This document shows, in pieces, positions 1-17,629 of a stretch of DNA of 64,000 nt. How positions within the stretch are numbered: the first letter of the stretch is position 1; each line of letters starts with the position of its first letter. The notes beneath the pieces are model-generated. The model was not told where the DNA came from and did not search any database. It saw only the letters and a program-made list of their open reading frames with translations. Source of the stretch: Octopus sinensis (taxonomy: Eukaryota); contig NC_043002.1 of the NCBI RefSeq assembly GCF_006345805.1, positions 69,192,001 to 69,256,000 on the forward strand, in the 5' to 3' direction. The position numbers were made by a program, and so were the translations under genes.

Positions 1-40
1 TGAGAGAAGTCAGAGATCAGTTATACATTGATGTAAATTA

Positions 41-1213
41 TACATGGTTTGATCAATAAGTGGCTGGACTGTTGCCATAGTAACGAAGCTAAAACATGCA
101 GAGGGAAGCTGCTTGGCTTCACTCTGCACAGATTGATCTTGAACTCTGTTGTGCATGTGCACTAAGTCTTAACGTTCTAGCTCACTTCTGCTGTTTACAG
201 CAGTGCCTGGAAGGAACGTGTGTAGCGTGTGATTGTTGCATTGATCATGACAGAGAGAGTTGAGCAGAAAATCTGCATTAAATTTTGCCAAAAGCTTGGT
301 GATATCTACTCAGAGACCTACGCAAAGTTGCAGAAAGTGTATGAGCTGCACAGAAGTGTACGAGTGGTTCAAATGTTTCCAAAATGGCTGAAAAAAATGT
401 TGATAGTGACAAACGTTGTGGGAGACCCGCAAGCAGCAGAACTGAAAAAAGCATTGCAGATGTGCAATCAACTGTGAGGGGAAATCGTTGAATCACCATC
501 CATGAGTTATCAGCTATGGTTTAGTTCAGTCCATTGTCACTGAACATTTGGGTATGAGATGTGTGTCTGCCAAGTTTGTGCTAAAACTGCTTTTAACTGA
601 CCAAAAATATAGTCAGGTTTCAGTTGCATAAGATCTCCTTGATTGTGTCAAGAATGATGTAAACTGTCATAACAGGCGATGGATCGTGGGTTTACTGTTA
701 TGATCCCGAAACAAAGGCTCAGTCTTCACAGTGGAAAACCCCAAACCCTCCGAGACTGAAGCAATGTAAAGACACTGTTGACCATTTTCTTTGACTACAA
801 GGGGATTGTTCATCATGAGTATACTCCACCTTGTCAGACCAGTAAATTTGGAGTACTACCTTGACGTTTTGCGGCATTTGTGGGATGCTATTCATTGGAA
901 AAGTCCGTAATTGCATGCGTCCGATGAGTGGCATTTGCACCATGACAACACACCTACTCATTCAGCACAGGTTGTGCAACAGTTTTTGTCTAGGCACAGC
1001 ATTCCTCAGGTCTGAGAGCCACCATATTCCCCAGATCTCACTCCTTGCAACTTTTTCCTCTTTCCAAAAATCAAATTCTGCTTGAAACAGCACTGGATTA
1101 AGTGTGTAGCTTCTGAAAGGGACTACTTTGAAGGAGATTAAATGCCAAATTGGTACGTGTTGTTGTTTTGTTTTTATAGCACCAGTCTGGATACTTTATG
1201 ATCAAACCTAGTA
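41..1213 (+). mobile_element. Degenerate mariner (Tc1/mariner) DNA transposon with both imperfect TIRs
   Basis: Left end tacatggtttgatcaataagtggctggactg resembles the reverse complement of the right end cagtctggatactttatgatcaaacctagta. Broken transposase motifs: EQKICIKFCQKLG, ITGDGSWVYCYDPETKAQSSQWK, FFDYKGIVHHEY, HLHHDNTPTH, PYSPDLTPCNFFLFPKIK. Many stops and frameshifts. Confidence 0.9.
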
Positions 1214-1330
1214 TGTATGGTTACAAAAATGTTGATGAAAATTAATTTAAATAATTTCCTTATACAAGTAAATATTGTGTTGTAATTGTTGAAAATAATT
1301 TCTGTATTTTAATTTTATATTTGTTTTCAG

Positions 1331-1484
1331 TCCTAAGGGTCCTTTTGGAGTTCCAATACAATACGAGAGGAGTTTCCGTTGGAAATTGGGTCAGTTCCGT
1401 TACTTATGCCACTCCAATGCACTTCAAGGTCACGTGAAAATCACTGTATCCAGAGATAATCTGTTTGAAGATTCATTTACTCAA
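1331..1484 (+). CDS. WWP1: HECT E3 ligase (WWP1/WWP2/ITCH/Su(dx) type), first coding exon visible in window
   Basis: ttttcag|t...actcaa|gtaagt; [51 protein letters not shown] matches the WWP1/ITCH pre-HECT segment. Symbol denotes the subfamily; the exact orthologue is not resolved. Confidence 0.93.
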
Positions 1485-1641
1485 GTAAGTGTGACATAGC
1501 TGATGGAATCTTTAGCAGACCTCCCTATTCATAAAGGTTTCCGCACCTAAGCAGATGTAACATAACTAATTTAAAATTTCAAGACTGTTTGACTCATCTG
1601 TTGTGATTTTACCTCAGTTCTACATTTCAATCTGTAAAGTC

Positions 1642-1925
1642 GCATGGTCTAGTGGTTAGGTTGTTGCACTCATGATTGTGAGATCATGGTTTCAATTTCT
1701 GAACCAGGTGCTACATTTTGTTCTTGAGCTGATCACTTCATCTCATGTTGCTTTGTGATCACTTCAACACCTGACATGTAGCACACCATACACCTGCTCA
1801 AGTAATTTTGATTTGATGGAATGGGTGAGCTTATATACAGCACATAACATTTGGTCATTATAAACAAATCATTTGTGCTGCTTGTCCAGCAAGAAATTGC
1901 AGAACCAGCTTTCTCAGACTACCAT
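1642..1925 (+). mobile_element. tRNA-headed SINE (family G); related copies near 54160-54480 (+) and 61660-61890 (-)
   Basis: Head gcatggtctagtggttagg...catggtttcaattt (A/B-box-like) followed by a body similar to the other copies; boundaries approximate. Confidence 0.55.
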
Positions 1926-2574
1926 CACACATTTTAACCTGATTGCTCTTTAATCATTATTAGGTGCTCTATTCCTTCAAATGTATACACACCCATAGGC
2001 TAGAGAAGAATTAAAACCTTCATTTATAACATACAGTTTCATTCAGTGTTTCTTTTAAGCTGTACTCTTGTACATGTACACACATCACCTAGCATACAAG
2101 AGAGAAATGTGTGGGCACAAAATTTTTGAAGAGGAAATCGAATTCTTTTAAGTTGAAGATGGTTTCTTTTGTGAAGGTGCACATGCTTTGTATAGACAGA
2201 CGAAATTTGTACATGAGCAAATTTTTGAGAATACAATTAGAGCTAACATTGGTTTCACTGCTCTCAACCATAACAAGGTAGTATTAAAGTTGTTACGCAG
2301 ATATATAATGTTTGAGAGAGTCTATTGACCAACATTTTCCACTTTTCAACTGTATATGATACTAATCCATGTACTATTTTTCTTGGCTCTCTTCTCTTTC
2401 TATCCACTTTCCTCTTCTCTTTGCAGTCTCTCCAGGACTTCCTTCCAATATCCAAATGACTATATGCAAAACGTTCTACATTTACTCTATGACTTTTACT
2501 TTCTTTAAGCATCAACCTAATAATATTAACTGCGACTTCCCCTGGACTTTCATTGTTTTTTGTTATTAGTATTT

Positions 2575-2608
<34 letters not shown>

Positions 2609-4007
2609 GCACCCATAACACTCGAAGTGGTTGGTGTTAGGAAGAGCATCCAGCTGTAGAAACCTTGCCAGATCAGATTGGAGCCTGGTGCAGCCTATTG
2701 GCTTGCCAGTCCTCAGTCAAACCCTCCTACCCCTGCCAGCATGGAAAACGGACGTTAAACGATGATGAGGATGATATATATATATGATGATTGCTCTCTC
2801 CCTGTACTTCCTCATTGTCAATAGCACTTTTTTCTATCCATAACCTCTCAGATGACTTATTTAATCCTGTTGCAGATCTGCATGGCTTGAAGCATATATG
2901 ACAGACAAAAGTTGTAACTTACTGTGCACCACACATACAGGTCTGCATCTTTCAGGTGTCAGTGCCACATAAAAAGCACCTGTATAAATGCACCTGTGCC
3001 AGTGTAAACATACCTGTGCCAGTGCTGTGTAAGTACACTCCTGCCGGTGCTGCATAAACGCACCCATGCTGGTACTGTGTAAACGCACCCATGCCAATGG
3101 CATGTAAAAAGCTCCCAGCACACTTTAAGTGGTTGGCATTAGGAAGGGCATCCAGCTGTAGAAACTATGCCATGACAGACAATTGGAGTCTGGGAAGCTC
3201 CAAGTTAGCCGGCTTTGTGTCAAACTGATGCTAGCATGAAAAGGGAACATTAAATGATAATAATAGGTTTATCTTAGATTTATCTGTTACAATAAATCTG
3301 GGTTTCTGTAAAATTAAGAATAAAGTGAGGTAATATGAGATAATCACAAAACCTACATAACTGTACAAAATCTCTTCTATTGATTTCTGATACAGATATG
3401 AGGCTACATATTTTGGGGATTACATCGACCTACAATACTTGACTGCTATTTTATTTTATTGACCTTATAATAATGAAAAACAATCAACCCTGTTGTTTTA
3501 CTGACTCTACCAGCTTACTGCTTTGTAGCCTCTTAAAAGTTCATACTATGTATCCTTGTCTTGATATCATGTAATGGTTGTAAATGAGCATTCCTGTCAT
3601 ACATTCTTCTATCAAAAAACATGTCTGTCCTTGCATGGAAAAAGATAAGGATTGATAACAGGAAGAGCCTCTGGCTATAGAAGATCCACTGCAACAAATT
3701 CTGTCTGACCCATACAAGCATGAGAAAGTTGATATTATATGATGATGTTTTAACAGAATATTTTCAAAAAGTTGGATCTTTTTCCTAACACAGTTCCTCA
3801 GCAGTCTTGTTTAAAAAAAACCCATTCCCATCTGATTCTTCCTGAATCTAGCAACCTATTAGATTTGTTTGATGTTTGTCTATATTAAATGGTTCATTTT
3901 TAAAAATTGATTTTTCTATTTCATATGTCCCTGTTATTGCACTGCTTTAGTTGTTTCTGAAATTGTTCCTGTATTGTGTAATAATGTATTATATTGTTTC
4001 ATTGTAG

Positions 4008-4100
<93 letters not shown>

Positions 4101-4151
4101 TAAATCTTTGTTTATTTGCCTTCCTGTTTCTTTCTCTCTCCCTCTCTCCCT

Positions 4152-4219
<68 letters not shown>

Positions 4220-5258
4220 TCATTTGTTGCTGTTGTTCTTCTTTAGCTCTAGCCCTGAACCACCTGTCTGTTTATGATAATAGTATTTCAACCATCTCAT
4301 CTTATTTTTAAACTAAGACCACATTATCTAATATGCCATTCCTTTTGCAAGATAATAAAGTAATTTTGGGGGAGATTTGGCTGCTATTTGTAGTAAGTCA
4401 AGAAGCCACGCCGAGAATCACTTGTTGACTTGCCTTGTCACTAATAATGGTGTCTTCAATGCATTTTTGTTGATATTTATTTCCATCTTTCTCAACTTGA
4501 TTTCTTCCTTCTTAATAGTTTTCATAAACATTATTTGTTTGATAGTTGGTGCAGGTATGTCTGCATGGTTAAGAAGTTTAATTTCAATCCACATGGGTTT
4601 TGGGTTCAGTTCTAGTTGACACCTTGAGCCCCAGGTTGACTGAACTTTGTGTACATATTTGGTAAATAGTAACTGGAAGAAATTTGTCGTGTGTGCATGT
4701 GTTATGCAAGTAGTGTTCTTTGTTGCCAGACTTTTGTAAAAACATGTCAGGCCTGGTGATAAGAAGGACCTCTAGCGGTAGAAAATCTGCCTCATGAAAT
4801 TCTATCCGACACATGTGAGCATGGAAAAGTGGATGTCAAAATGATGATGATCATCATCCTTGTTTTATATCTGCTCGCTGTGCTGTCATGGATTACATGG
4901 ATTGTCAAACTCCAAGTTGGTTCATTTTTCAAAGTTACTGCCTTCCTGATTTTGGTTGAAGGAACACATTATATTTCAGTATAGTTTCCTTTGCTGGACA
5001 CCCTTCCTAACACTAACCATTTTACAGAGTGTACTTGGTGTATTTTATTGTGGTACTAGCACCAGAGAGGTTGTCATGTTCTTAACAAGACAAAAAAACA
5101 AAGATACATGAAGATTAATTGGAATCTTTTATCATATTTTGGCAAGGTGGCGGAACCATTAGCACACCAGACAAAATGCTTAGCAGTATCTCCTCCGTCT
5201 TTACATTCTAAGTTCAAATTCCCTCATGGTCAACTTTGCCATTTAATATTGTAGTGCA

Positions 5259-5650
5259 CAGGAGTGGCTGTGGGGTAAGTAGCTTGCTTGCAAACCACAT
5301 GGTTCCGGGTTCAATCCCACTGCATGGCACCTTGGGCAAGTGTCTTCTACTATAGTCTTGGGTCGACCAAAGCCTTGTGAGTGGATTTGGTAGACGGAAA
5401 CTGAAAGAAGCCTGTTGTATATATACATACATATATATATGTGTGTTTGTGTGTCTGTGTTTGTCCCCCCAACATCGCTTGACAACTGATACTGGTGTGT
5501 TTACGTCCCCGTCACTTAGCAGTTTGGCAAGAGAGATCGATAGAATAAGTACTAGGCTTACAAAGAATAAGTCCCGGGGTTGATTTTCTCGACTAAAGGC
5601 GGTGCTCCAGCATGGCCACAATCAAATGACTGAAACAAAATAAAAGAATA
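5259..5650 (+). mobile_element. ~390-bp tRNA-like SINE with internal (TA/TG) microsatellite (family B/C)
   Basis: ggagtggctgtg.ggtaagtagcttgct...ggttccgggttcaatccc head; 3' part ending gactgaaacaa.taaaagaata. Near-identical copies elsewhere in the window. Confidence 0.85.
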
Positions 5651-5905
5651 TAAATTTTAAAAAGTAATTAAATAACCTAGAAGTTATTTCAATTTATTAT
5701 TACAATTACTCATCACCATAATTTAAGCTGATAACGAATGGTTGCCGTCAGTTTGTAAAAGCTCTGAGGAGTAACTCAATACCAATTGAAAAAAAATAAA
5801 AATAAATGTTTTTATAAAAGGTTGAGAAAAATAGACAGCAGCAGAACAAATATTGCAAAACTTCACTTTTTTTTTTTTTATTTTCTCTTAAGCTGTCTAT
5901 TGTGA

Positions 5906-6130
<225 letters not shown>

Positions 6131-8222
6131 TGACGGAAGTTGATCCAAGCCTAGTTAAAGGCTCTCTGTTAGACTTCAATTATTTACAATAGAGCTTAGG
6201 TTGTAGGTGTACCTTGTTTCAAAAAACGATTCACTTATAATCCATTAAAACCTGTTACTTGATATAACTCACTGATATCTAAGTGTTTAATATGATTGTT
6301 CACCATATTTAATGTGGTGAGCATAACTTTGAGACTGTTGTATCAGTGTAGTAAAGATCCCAAAGACTAATCAAACAAAGACAAGGGAGACAATAAAAAA
6401 AATGTTTTTAATGAATTGATAGCGTTGCTATTATGTTAAACTGTTGTATGTCCAAATTTAACCAAATGCCTTTTTCCCCAATGTTTATTTTTGCTTGTAA
6501 TAGCCGGTTCTTTTGGTCAAACTATCGTATCTCCAGCTGCTTCAGATGCCAAAATATCAAAGCATAGTACAGCGGTTTTGTTATGGAATAGTGAAACTAT
6601 TTTTACATTTTCTGTAAAAAAAAAAAGCAATGTTTTGGACTCAGGACACTTTTGCATCTTATATGCCTTGTAGATGCACACAAATTACTTGCTTGTTTGA
6701 CCTACTAACCCAAAGACAATGCTTTCTACTATAGGCACAAGGCCTGTTGTTTTATGGGAGGGAGAATAGTTGATTACATCATCACCCCACCCCCACCCCC
6801 ATATTGCTCACCTGGTGCTTTATTGTAGTATTTCGTAGTATTTCATCCCAGAATTTAAGGAGCCAGAAGTAATACTGCTTAGCCCTTTGTTCGATGAACC
6901 AATGGTTCTTTCAGAACTCAAGGACAGTGAGTTCATATCTTGGTTTTGGCCTTTTTTTGTTGTACTCTTGAACAAAACTTCTTCTCAGACATTTGATAAT
7001 ATAGTCTTTGGTAGACAATGCTTGAAATAAGATGGAATAATCACAGCTGGTTTGTCTTTGATCAATATGTCTGCTAAATTAGGACTGAATGAGTTCTACA
7101 AAAACAACTCACTGTTCTTCTGAGTGTTTCTGATAATATATATCACCTTTATATGAGACTTGATTGATTAGTGTGAAGAAAAATAGGAAAAAAAAAAAGG
7201 AATTTTTATTAAATCATCATCATCATTGTCGTTTAATGTCTGCTTTCCATGCTGGCATGGGTTGGATGGTTTGACTGAGGGCTGGCAAGCCAGAAGGCTG
7301 CACCAGGCTCCAATCCGATGTGGCAATGTTTCTACAACTGGATGCCCTTCTTAATGCCAACCACTCCAAGAGTGTGGTGGGTGCTTTTTATGTACCACAG
7401 GCATGAGACCAGTCAGGCAGCACTGGCATTGACCATGTTCGAATAGTGCTTTTTACGTGCCCCCCCCCCCCGTACGGAACCAGTGAGGCGGCACTGGCAT
7501 CAACCACGCTTGAATGGTGCTTTTTACATGCCATAATGAAGTGCAACATTGTCCAATTTCTGTAGCATTGGAAGACCCTAAGGTATGATATGTATCTTAC
7601 TATCTAACCCATGTTGGCATTTGAAATCTTGTAGAAATACATTTATGATACATAGGTGTCTCTATGCTATCTGAACTGGTAATAACTTTAATATTATTAA
7701 ACTGTAAATTCCTATATTTTCTCTATTTTGTCCAAGGAAGAAGGGACAGTGTTTTGTATTTTTGCAGTCCTTCCTAGATTTGTTAGGTTGATGCAGTTAC
7801 AATTTAATTTGTAGCTTTATAAGTTGTCATGAGGAAAAGTGTGGGTTGAATATGATTTTCAAAACTTTGCATTTCGGAAGCTGAAGATTTGGGAATGAGA
7901 TTTAGTGGCTGCAATACAGTAGAGTTAACTGGAAGAGAAAAAAAATAGTTGTAGGGTGCTATGAATGGCTTTTGGTTCAAATAGTAAACTGTTTGCTAGT
8001 TTAGAGGTTCAGAAAAGGTAGATATGATAGTAGTGTCATTAAGCTCGTGGCTGTAGTGTGTTGATGAGTGAAATATTTGCTCATCAATTTTGAAATGTGA
8101 CCTAAAACATTTGTGTTTTTCCTAATGAATAGGTTTTGTAACTTGTTGTGCTTGACTTTGAGCAAGTTCAGTAACTTGTAAGAGCTTGCTTTCTTAAACT
8201 TTCTCTATGTTTCTCATTGTAG

Positions 8223-8357
<135 letters not shown>

Positions 8358-9062
8358 TAAGTTGGTAATTTCTTTCAAAACTAGAGTTGATATTGGCACC
8401 TAAAATTAGGCCATGGACAAGATCACTGAAATACAATTGGATCTTAGTTTGCCTTTTTTTGTTTTTAGTATGAATTATATTTACTAAATATTGTGTAAAG
8501 TTGAACATCATGTGGAAATCATTGCAATATTCTTTTATTGTCTTATGTAGTAGTGTAATACACTGTAGCGTAGAACAAGCACAAGGATTTTGTCAGTAGT
8601 AAAGAACAATCAGGACTATTGACCAGTTAATGCATAAATTTGAATTATAATAATTTGATTTATAATAAATTATAGAAAGCTAGTTTTATTTTATTTACTG
8701 CTCTCAACCATTGAGCTTTGACTGTGCTGGGGTACCGGTAGGAAAAAATTTGCATAAATTATTGCACTGTACATGTCTGATGATGATAACTGTTATTAAG
8801 ATTTTTATTTTTCCATGCTAACAGCATAATTTTGCTTTACATATTTAGACATTTGCATTCTGTTGCTGCAAAAGTTTTCAGAACTTGATGCTCTTCTTTA
8901 TCCTAACCACACTACTTTGAACTTGTTGTTAATCAGCATAGCTGAAGCATGCAGAATGATGTTCCTTGTATAAAGGTACAATGTAGCAAGGTTTGACCTC
9001 ATGTAGTCAGTTTCCTAGTATCTTTATGAATCAATGATTTTTCAAACACTGAAATAAAATGA

Positions 9063-9269
<207 letters not shown>

Positions 9270-10546
9270 TGAGTTATACTGATTGTCAAGGATTTCACAC
9301 CAACTTCTTACTTATTATTCTGCTATTCTAGTTCATTGTGGCCAGGCAATCAAGTGAGAACAGACCTAAGTTTAAGCTGTTGTATAATTTTGAAGACTCA
9401 TTTAGAGGAGGAGCTCAGTATGATTAATGTGATATTTATGCATTTGATATTTAATTAAAATCTCATGCTTATGGTTTTTTTTCTTTTCCCTTGAATGACT
9501 GGATTTTTTCATTGTTTTTTTTATCATAGTTTTATGACTTTCTTCTTCCTTAAAAATAGAAAGATGAATACAAAGGGAATTACAGAGAGAAGAAAGATTG
9601 TATAACATGTTTTGTGTAGGAGTGTGGGTGAGGATGAGAAAATTGAGAAAGCAAATGATTTTTAAGTTAGTTTAACTGATGAAATTAAAATGTAGTAGAG
9701 GTAATTGGGATCATGGCAGAAGAGCTTACGAGGAGCCATTCTTCAGCATGCATCTATAGATAGAGGCTGTGGTTTTTGTCTTGGATGAGATGTAAATGGC
9801 ATATATTAGGAAAGAGTATCATTGAATTGAAAGCAATATTCTAAAAATGGGCATATTTATGGTTTATTAAGGATTAGCAGCTGATTTAGTTTAAATCTTT
9901 AAAGAGGAATCCCATCTTTTGTTGAATCATTTTGACTTCGAATTTGTGAAATTGTCAGAGAAATTTATATAATGTCACTATCAAATCATCATAGCTCTCG
10001 AGAGAGGTTGGCCCCAGTAATATGACTCCACAGTGGCTGGCTATCTCCTCGACTGCTGTTCATAACCTAAAAATATTGAAGAAGGGAGTCACAATTGAAA
10101 CTTAACCCCTTGCAAATCTACTATTATGCTTGTGTTCCCCATTCTATGTCACACCTAAGCTTTTGTACTAGAGAGTGGAAATTGAAAATTACCTTATTTC
10201 ATTCATTTTTATAGAACTGAGTGAGAATTTGGTGCTGACAAATGCAATATTAAATTAGGTACATTACTATACCATACCTTAATCTTGTAGGTTTCTGACT
10301 TTAAGCCTCAATTACTTAAAACATATTTGATATACCTAAGGTTAATGAAATAAACCCTATCAAATACTGAGGTGAGGTGTATGTTTGACCTTTCTTGTCT
10401 TTTAGTAGTGCAACTAATAAGAATGCAGTTTAGGTATCATCTGGTAACAAGTTGATTGTTTTCCTATAGAATGTAGCAAATGTGTTTCATGCTTCTATTC
10501 ACATCTTTCTTCCATACTAAGGACTTTTATAACTGACATGTTATGA

Positions 10547-10708
<162 letters not shown>

Positions 10709-11307
10709 TAGACATCTTTCAGTATTGTAGGTATACTGCTATTAAAATCATTATTTTGTAGCTGGGACATTCGGGTGTTTCACTGACGTAGCTGTTCAAA
10801 TGCTAATGCAGCAGTTGTGTATACTCTATAAACAAGTTTAATTATCCTACTTGTCTCAGATTAGTGTTTGAGCATGAATTGATGTTGCAGTTGTTTTCAT
10901 AATTACTATTATGGAGCAGACAGTGAGTGAATTTCTACAACTTCAAATCTTCTCTGAACCTCAATTCTAACAACCTTTGCTATGCATGTTAAACATTTGA
11001 ATCTCCAAGACAGTTGGCTGAGCATAGCAAGTTCAACAAATGAGACAAACACTGATGGTTTCAAGGAAGCCAAATTAAGAACCAAAATAATAAGAATAGA
11101 TTATTGATAGGGAGCGTCTAATTGGAAGGCACATGGCCTAGTGTAATATTCTAGATCAATGGTGAAAACTAAACTATAGATGATGGGTTGAGTATGCATT
11201 AATACATGTTAGTCTCTTGTCTATGTAAAATGATAAGATATTTTAGTTTCTAAACGACTGTAAACTATTGTGATTGTTTAACATTGGTCTCTTCTCTCTT
11301 TGTCTAG

Positions 11308-11442
<135 letters not shown>

Positions 11443-11764
11443 TGATCACATTTTTGTCCTTTCTTTTATACATTTTTTTTTCATAATGTTAATTTGCATA
11501 AAAGATAGGGCACAAATTAATAGAGGGATTGGCAGGGTATTAAGAACATCATCTCATGTATGTATGAAAGATAACTATTAATATATGTGGTGCGAATATA
11601 TGATGAATACTGGGTGCAAAAGTGTTATGCACTATCAGTCGAGGACAGCTCTAGCGTAAGAATTAAGGAGTCTTGAGAAAGAAAGGGTGAGCTCAGATCT
11701 CAGGGTACTGGAGTTCACAGATAAGATGACAAAATATTGAGATGAATGGTGATAGGCTTCATGA

Positions 11765-13532
<1,768 letters not shown>

Positions 13533-13789
13533 TACTAATGTGAGCAGGAGAAACAGCCTATAGAGTTCATCTAGGAGTGGAAGATGTTAGTGTAGCTGGA
13601 AGATGTTTAGTGTTAATTTTAGATTAATATTGTTTGAACAGACCTATGATCAAAGGTAATCCAACTCTGACCATCCAGTCTTTTTTTCAGACATAATATA
13701 TCTTGAACAATATCATTCAATGTGTGATTTAGGGGAGAATTAAATAGTGACTGATTATAAGAAAATAGTCTTTTATTACCTGGAAATAT

Positions 13790-14402
13790 TATAAAGGAGA
13801 AAGGAAGATTCGATTTCGAATTCAATTTCCATCAAAATCGAAATTGAATTCGAAATCGAACCAAATTCGTCAACTGGCATCCATTCCAACCTCCCTTCAC
13901 TGGACACTAAACTCTGCTTGCCAAGACCTGTTGGGGCAAGTGAAATTGAAAATGAACCAAATTCGATGACTGGCACCCATGCCAGTGAAGTGCTAACAGC
14001 TCCATCCAAGCAGGATCCCTGCTAGAGTAGCTGTCTGGCACGTAAAGAGCACCATTTGAGCGTGATCGTTGTCAGCATTGCCTCACTGGCACATGAATAA
14101 AACATTCGAGCGAGGTCGTTGCCAATGCTGCTGGACTGACTCCTGTGCAAGTGGCACGTAAAAACACCATTTTCGAGTGTGGCCGTTGCCAGTACCACCA
14201 GATTGGCCCTCGTGCCAGTGGAACTTTAAAAGCACCCACTACACTCTCGGAGTGGTTGGCGTTAGGAAGGGCATCCTACTGTAGAAACTCTGCCCGATCA
14301 GATTGGGGCCTGGCACAGCCATCTGGTTCGCCAGTCTTCAGTCAAATCGTCCAACCCATGCTAGCATGGAAAGCAGATGTTAAACGATGATGATGATGAT
14401 GA
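13790..14402 (+). mobile_element. (GAT)n-tailed retroposon family D (copies near 2610-2775, 2950-3265, 7214-7540, 15110-15420, 29510-29955, 40790-40995, 62590-63385)
   Basis: Shared 3' end gagtggttggcgttaggaagggcatccagctgtagaaac...ccaacccatgctagcatggaaa.cggacgttaaacgatgatgatgat; variable internal tandem units. Confidence 0.85.
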
Positions 14403-15744
14403 AGAGTGTGTATGTGTTTGAGTGAGATTTCAGAGATGCTGGTTACTGTATGATTCTTCTGAGGTCTAATTAAAGAAGGTTATTGAATTGTGTATTTCAT
14501 ACATTCCTTCAGTATGCGTCTGACAGGTGTTTCATTGAAACATTAACAACCTGATTTAGAACTAATATTGTTTGAACAGATCCATGATCAAAGTACTTCC
14601 ACTTCCGACAGTCCAGTATTTTTGTATATCTAAGCCTACATTATCTAATGTATGCCTAATGTTTCAAAGATAAAATTCAGTGTTTGTATTGCTTAATCTT
14701 CCTTACTAACTGATTTACTCAGTAAACCAGAAGTGTTAGCTACAATCCAATAGGTGTGCAAGCCTATTATAATGTAATTGATGAAAGAAGTACTTTCTTT
14801 AGATCATTTTACTTTTTATATTTAATCTAATATTGGCTTCTGTTGCATACAATGGGTTTTTATTCAGCCAGCCGACTAATTGCAACATCAGTGATTATTC
14901 ATTCACTGTTCCCTATATAGGTAGCAACAGATTTCATCTTAGCAAGTGGTTAGCAGTGAGTACAGAATACATGCTAATGACAAAGCACAATGAAACAGAA
15001 ATATGCATCTAACATTCTCACCAGTTACTCCTGGATGATATTCATTTGTTGTTGATATGATTTGTGTTTTTAAATACAGCACATCCATAAGAGATAAATT
15101 GCAGTCATTGCGGATACTGGTGTCACATAAATTGGCACCCATGCTGGTGGCACATAAATGCACCCCAGTGTCATGCAAATGGCACCTGTGCTGGTGGCAT
15201 GTAAATGCACCCCGGTATCAACACAAATGGCATGTAAAAGCACCCATTACACTCTCGGAGTGGTTGGTGTTAGGAAGGGCATCCAGCAGTAGGAAACCAT
15301 GTCAAATTAGACTGGGGTCTGGTGCAGCCTTCTAGCGTGTCAATCCAGTCAAACTATCCAACCAATGCCAGCATGGACAATGGATGTTTAAAGATGATGA
15401 TGATGATGATGATGATGAAATATTGCAGTGAACCTGCCTTTCAGCTATGTGTTTGCATGAAGTATGACAGATGGCTAATTTGATATTTATCTTTAAGGTG
15501 ATGAGCTGGTAGAATTGTTAGCATGCTGGGCAAAATGCCTAGTGGCGTTTTGTCTGTCTTCATGTTCTAAGTTCAAATTCTGCCAAAGTCCACTTTGCCA
15601 TTCATTCTTTGGGGGTCAATAAAACAAACATCAATTGAGCACTGGAGTTAATGTAATCAATTTACCCATTTCCCTGAAATTGCTGGCCTTGTACTAAAAT
15701 TTGAAATCAGGTCAGCATGGAAAATGGACGTTAAATGAGGATGA

Positions 15745-16041
<297 letters not shown>

Positions 16042-16474
16042 ACCATTCCTTTATGTCTTGACTCCTGATTCCCCTTCCCCCCACTTTCCCCACTTCAAGG
16101 ATGCAGATTTAAGTTGATAGAATCAAAAATATTTTGCCCAAGCAGTTGTTTGAAAGCTTATACCCTTAATAATTGCAGCCCAATAAAAATGTTATATAAT
16201 TACACTTACTTACATATACATATTTGTTTGTGTGTATGTGTGTGTGTGTGTGCATATGAATGCTATATATGTAAACATCTAGGTTGGGGGGGAGCGGTTA
16301 GGCCACCTAGAAGAGAAAAACTTAAAAGTATTTGGTCTGAATATCAATATATTTTGTCCTTGTGTGTGTGTGTGTGTATCTATCTATCTCTGTCTATCTA
16401 TATGTTTATACATATATCTCTATATATTTGTGCATATATGTGTATATATCAATGTATGTATATATATATATATA

Positions 16475-16486
16475 TGTGTGAATATG

Positions 16487-16517
<31 letters not shown>

Positions 16518-17594
16518 GCATACATACACACACACACCATAGCGATTAACAGTTTATAGGAATAGCCAGGCCACTTAAAATAAAGAATTCAAGGGGTTAT
16601 GTTTTAGTGTCAATACCTTTGATCTAAAGCAATGAGTCTGACAAAATATATATTCTGTATTACCTGGAGGTTTGCCAGAGCTCTCTCTCTGTCTCTGATG
16701 CAACTTTGGTTAAAACCAGGTGTGTATTTTGTTAGGCTAGAATTTGCATGTGTGCTAATATATGTAAAATCATATAATGTATATATTGTAAAAGTATATA
16801 TATGTAAGTATTATCTGATTAATACTAAATTCATTGGCTAAGGGAACAGATGTGTTTATCATATCAAGAAATGGTGATCTTTTCTGATCAGCCAGGTACC
16901 TGAAGTGGACTGTTAATTTTTGATATGGCAGACATATCTCATAAATATATATTGATGTGTATGTATATAATGATATGTGTATATGTATATATACATGTGA
17001 GAGTTAGTGTACATACATATAAAGCTGTTTGTGCATGTGCATACATATATATGTACATACATACACATATTTTTGGTTAGTTATATAGCTCTGTAAATGA
17101 TTAAATGCTTCACCTAAAGAAATTAAGATGTGCCCTGTGAAACTCATTTGTGTGTCTAGCTACCCTGCATGTGTGCATATGTGTTTGTGTGCGTGTATGT
17201 GTGTGTGTGTGTGTATATATATGCATACACACGTGTAAACAATTATATAGAAAATAGCTTCCTCTTTTGCATCAAACAGAGATTTGTTGTGGAATGTAAT
17301 AAATCTCATTGTATAGCTACACAGATCTCTTTGCTGTGAAAGACTTAATCATAAGACACCTGTTTATTTGTATATATATATATATATCTACACACACACA
17401 AATACTTAAACCACTTTGTTGGTAGTTCAACTGGCAATGTGCCAGCCGAAGCGCAAAAACGGAACTTTCGTGGTTGTGCCCAGCCATCCTTTTACCACTC
17501 TCTTTTATTTGTTTGTCACATTTTCTGTGGAGCTAAACATTCCTCAGCTAACTGATGCCATGCCATGGATTTGGTGTACTGAGATTTCTGTTTC

Positions 17595-17629
<35 letters not shown>

